A stretch of DNA of 64,000 nucleotides from Marsupella aquatica (Eukaryota; Plantae; Marchantiophyta), in assembly GCA_973895155.1 (NCBI GenBank), contig OZ316894.1, positions 372,001 through 436,000 on the forward strand, in the 5' to 3' direction. This document shows positions 60,854 to 64,000 of the stretch, in pieces. Made by a program: the position numbers and the translations under genes. Position 1 is the first letter of the stretch; every line of letters begins with the position of its first letter. A model generated the notes under the pieces. That model was not told where the DNA came from, searched no databases, and saw nothing but the letters and a program-made list of their open reading frames with translations.

Positions 60854-63847
60854 ATGACTGACCTTACGCTGAGGGAAGAAAGAGTGATTCAACGGGAGAG
60901 AGCTCGACTGCAGCAGCTCGCCGGGTGGCATGATACACAGCGACTGAGAGGGGCAGAAAGAGCTGGTAGCTCCGAAACTGGAAGTGGTGTCGAAGAAGAC
61001 ATACCAGAAGAAGAGTCGGTAAGGAGAAGTGAGTCTCCAACCGACATGGGGGAACCAGAGGCACGGCCAGACGAGAGGCCAGGGACCAGATTGAGCCAGC
61101 GGTCGCGCATACATTACAAGGCATTTCATGGGAGAGGAGATGAGGATCCGGACGAATGGTTGGATGATTTCGAGGGAACCGCTGCAGCAAATGGAGAATC
61201 GGCCATCAAGATGCAGATTCTTCCCGGCCTGTTCAAGGGTGAGGCTAGGCCTTGGTACAGAGCATTAGATGTGGAAGATCAAGCCATCTGGGATATCTTC
61301 AAAACACTCTTTGTTAAGGAGTTTCGACCCATTGGAACTTCAGAACTAGCAGTGCTGAAGTTGGGACAACTTCGGTTCAAGGAGAACAAATCCTTCAGGA
61401 AGTTCTTGCAACGCTTTCAGAAACTGGTAAGACGTACAAAGACCAATGCATCTGAAGGTATGCAACTTCAATGGTTGGTGAATGCTTTGCCACAGAAGAT
61501 GAGTTTTGCAATTAGGAAGGAGAACCCGGAGACTTTAGCCAAAGCAATTAAGGATATTCAATTATACATTAATGCAGATATCACAAGCCGGAAGAAACAG
61601 CTTAAGTCTGAGAGTTCCTCATCAGAGGAGGGATCACCCCATAAGAAAAAAGATAAGAAGAAGAAACATTCCAAGAAGTCTAGAAGTGATAAGTCAAGCT
61701 CGGATAGTGGGAGTAGCAAGAGTGAGTCATCTTCTAGTTCTGAAGAAGAAAAAACTAGGAAAAGGAAGGGCAGAAGGAGAGGGAAGACGAAAGTCAAGAT
61801 GGAGGCTAAGCCACCAGATAACATCGTAGCCCTTACCGAGCAACTTAAGGCTATCATTGCAGAGGTAAAACCAAAGAAGAAGGTAGTACAGGAGGATAGC
61901 TCTGTATGGTGTGCCTTATGTTATAAAACCGGACACCATAAAGATGCGTGTCCTAAGCTTAATACTAATCATGTTCGGCATGTGGCCGAGATCAGACCAT
62001 GTCAGGGAGAAGTAGAGTACTTTTTAGGAGATGCCGCTGATAGTGTTTTCGGCATCAGTGAGACTGGAGCACGAGACCTATCCAACAGACCTGCATCTCT
62101 ATGGTCAGGGTTAAGGAACAATCCAGGAGAGATGTATCCTCGGATTATTCAGAACCCGTCAGTACCTCCTAGGCCGAATGTGCAAAGATTTGCGGCGTGC
62201 TATAATTGTGGTCAACCTGGCCATTTTGCTAGAGAATGCCCGAATGCACGCAAACAGGGTGATGGACAACCAGCTCAGCTATGTATGGGATGCCGACAGG
62301 AAGGTCATATGCTAGGGCAATGTCCTACTTGGTTGGCAGGCCTGGCCGCAAATCATAAGCTTTTGCCGATCAAGATCTTACCGCCAGGTACTACCCCCGG
62401 AGGAGTTCAAATCAACCACATCGAACTAGGATGGCAAGAGGATGCCGAGGCAGAGTTCGTACCATCTGATGATGAGGCCGAAGCCCTATCAACCTTCTCA
62501 GAGGAGGATTTAGATCATGATTGCTGCCGGGTCTCTACTCGATCTACCAGAAGGAAGGAAAGGTGGGATGGGCTGGCCAAAAATAAAGGGAAGGTTACGG
62601 AGGAAAGGATCGACTCTTCGTCAACATCAACAGAAGGAGAAGGGAGGGCTCCGGCAATACAGGTAAGCCATGAGCCCACCAGTGAAACCAATCCTTCACA
62701 AGATAGCGACTTCAATCGAGATCATCCTAAGTTGTTCTACCCCTCTGTTACGGCTAGTGTTAAGGAACAACTAAGAGAATTAGAAACCCTGGAGAATACC
62801 GAAGCCATTGCCAAGGATGTAAAACGAGCAAAAGCATTGTTTGCTTCGGAAGACCCAACAGCTGTGGAGACTAGCGTGGCAAAACTGGCCGAATCCAAGA
62901 CGGAAACACCACCAGAGGAGAAGCCGATTGTTCCCTATGACCTGGCTAAAGATGTACTAGAATCTAGAGTCTCGGCAACAGTAGGTCAACTATTGAAAAA
63001 TAGCCCGTACTTCCGGAAGCAATTAAGGAAGGCTATTCTCGGCAAGCCGAGGTTACCCAAGGTAGCAACCAGATCCGACGTACTAATGATAGAAGAAGAT
63101 CAAGGAGCCCCAACATTACCCTTAATGATTCAAGGAGAATTATTACTACGGGTACCCATCAATGGAGGATCAGGGGTATGTATTATGATTGATTCAACAG
63201 CAAAAGGGTGGGGTCTAACACCGGAGATGACTGGAAGAGTGTTGAACATGGCCAATGGATATCAGGTCATTCCCACGGGAGTGTTAACCGGCATCAAGAC
63301 AGAGATAGGAGGTATCTTCTTTAGCATTAACTATGTAGTAATGAAGCCGGTAAATCCTACGTCATTCCGGCTATTGATTGGTAGGCCATGGCTGTACCTA
63401 GCCGAGGTAATAGAAGATTGGGGTAAAAAGCAGTTCACTTTCGGGACCCCCTCTATCACGGTATCCTGGGACACTAAGGATGACCGTAGGAAAAGCATAA
63501 GGGAAGTAGATGGGTACGACAGTGGACTGGAGTCAGCCGATGAAGTACGTTGGTTAGAATGCCTCACTAACCTAACCGAAGAAGGTGTCTTTGGACCAGA
63601 GGTACCCCCCAGCGGATTATGGCAAGAACCAATGGAAGGTGACTTGGAAGAAGAAGACGAAGAGGTCGAGGACTGCTTTACAATAGAATCCACCTTTTTA
63701 GCTGCAATTCCGGAGGAAGTAAAGGATGTAGACCAATTGGATGAAACGGCTAAGTGGGGAGCAGTAGCAGGGACAGTGGATTTTCTGCAGGCGTTGTGGC
63801 AGAGCCGGCAGGGTTCACAACGCCATCGATCATCGGCAAGGAATTAA
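60854..63847 (+). CDS. gag: gag-protease of Ty3/gypsy element B4 (non-chromovirus, Tat/Athila-like), 997 aa
   Basis: Retrotrans_gag-like region, three CX2CX4HX4C knuckles, and protease VPINGGSG..LLIGRPWL. The catalytic Asp is Asn in this copy and Asp in B2. Confidence 0.92.
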   Translation: MTDLTLREERVIQRERARLQQLAGWHDTQRLRGAERAGSSETGSGVEEDIPEEESVRRSESPTDMGEPEARPDERPGTRLSQRSRIHYKAFHGRGDEDPDEWLDDFEGTAAANGESAIKMQILPGLFKGEARPWYRALDVEDQAIWDIFKTLFVKEFRPIGTSELAVLKLGQLRFKENKSFRKFLQRFQKLVRRTKTNASEGMQLQWLVNALPQKMSFAIRKENPETLAKAIKDIQLYINADITSRKKQLKSESSSSEEGSPHKKKDKKKKHSKKSRSDKSSSDSGSSKSESSSSSEEEKTRKRKGRRRGKTKVKMEAKPPDNIVALTEQLKAIIAEVKPKKKVVQEDSSVWCALCYKTGHHKDACPKLNTNHVRHVAEIRPCQGEVEYFLGDAADSVFGISETGARDLSNRPASLWSGLRNNPGEMYPRIIQNPSVPPRPNVQRFAACYNCGQPGHFARECPNARKQGDGQPAQLCMGCRQEGHMLGQCPTWLAGLAANHKLLPIKILPPGTTPGGVQINHIELGWQEDAEAEFVPSDDEAEALSTFSEEDLDHDCCRVSTRSTRRKERWDGLAKNKGKVTEERIDSSSTSTEGEGRAPAIQVSHEPTSETNPSQDSDFNRDHPKLFYPSVTASVKEQLRELETLENTEAIAKDVKRAKALFASEDPTAVETSVAKLAESKTETPPEEKPIVPYDLAKDVLESRVSATVGQLLKNSPYFRKQLRKAILGKPRLPKVATRSDVLMIEEDQGAPTLPLMIQGELLLRVPINGGSGVCIMIDSTAKGWGLTPEMTGRVLNMANGYQVIPTGVLTGIKTEIGGIFFSINYVVMKPVNPTSFRLLIGRPWLYLAEVIEDWGKKQFTFGTPSITVSWDTKDDRRKSIREVDGYDSGLESADEVRWLECLTNLTEEGVFGPEVPPSGLWQEPMEGDLEEEDEEVEDCFTIESTFLAAIPEEVKDVDQLDETAKWGAVAGTVDFLQALWQSRQGSQRHRSSARN

Positions 63848-64000
63848 ATACCAAGGGATCGGCATACAAGCCGATTACGAGGGCAGAACAAATTGAGGCC
63901 CTATTAGAAGCCGAGAGAGCACATCGGCCTAACTCTCAGGAGCAAGAGGTGGATGAGATGGACAGACACGATCCAGAGCCAAGGCAGGAAGGGGAGCCGA

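Overview
This window looks like eukaryotic, repeat-saturated DNA from a land plant, probably a non-seed plant (inferred from the element lineages). No ordinary host gene is visible; it is a stack of nested transposons whose edges can be read from target-site duplications (TSDs). (1) A ~15 kb Mutator-like element (21129-36198) has a 9-bp TSD and only degenerate TIRs. It encodes a DDE/SWIM transposase and, divergently, an intron-containing cargo gene that fuses a ParB-like N-terminal domain (DGNHR) to a beta-class N4/N6 DNA-methyltransferase-like C-terminal domain. Its introns and intergenic DNA hold 17 copies of the palindrome TAGCGC-N3-GCGCTA. It has inserted into the DGNHR codons of a paralogous ParB-MTase gene, which is surrounded by a different palindrome (AGCGA-N2-TCGCT). 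This is the best candidate for an undescribed system: a parS/ParB-like, sequence-specific self-recognition or anti-silencing module. (2) Three families of very large (4.0-4.7 kb) LTR-type units (A, B, C) each carry a long sense-strand ORF inside the LTR. A and B sit next to a tRNA-Asn PBS and a Ty3/gypsy gag; C is seen only as a solo TG..CA unit. (3) Also present are a young Bianca-lineage Ty1/copia, a degenerate copia fragment, a gypsy pol ending in a PHD finger, and a 5'-truncated LINE. All domain calls come from reading motifs by eye, not from database searches.
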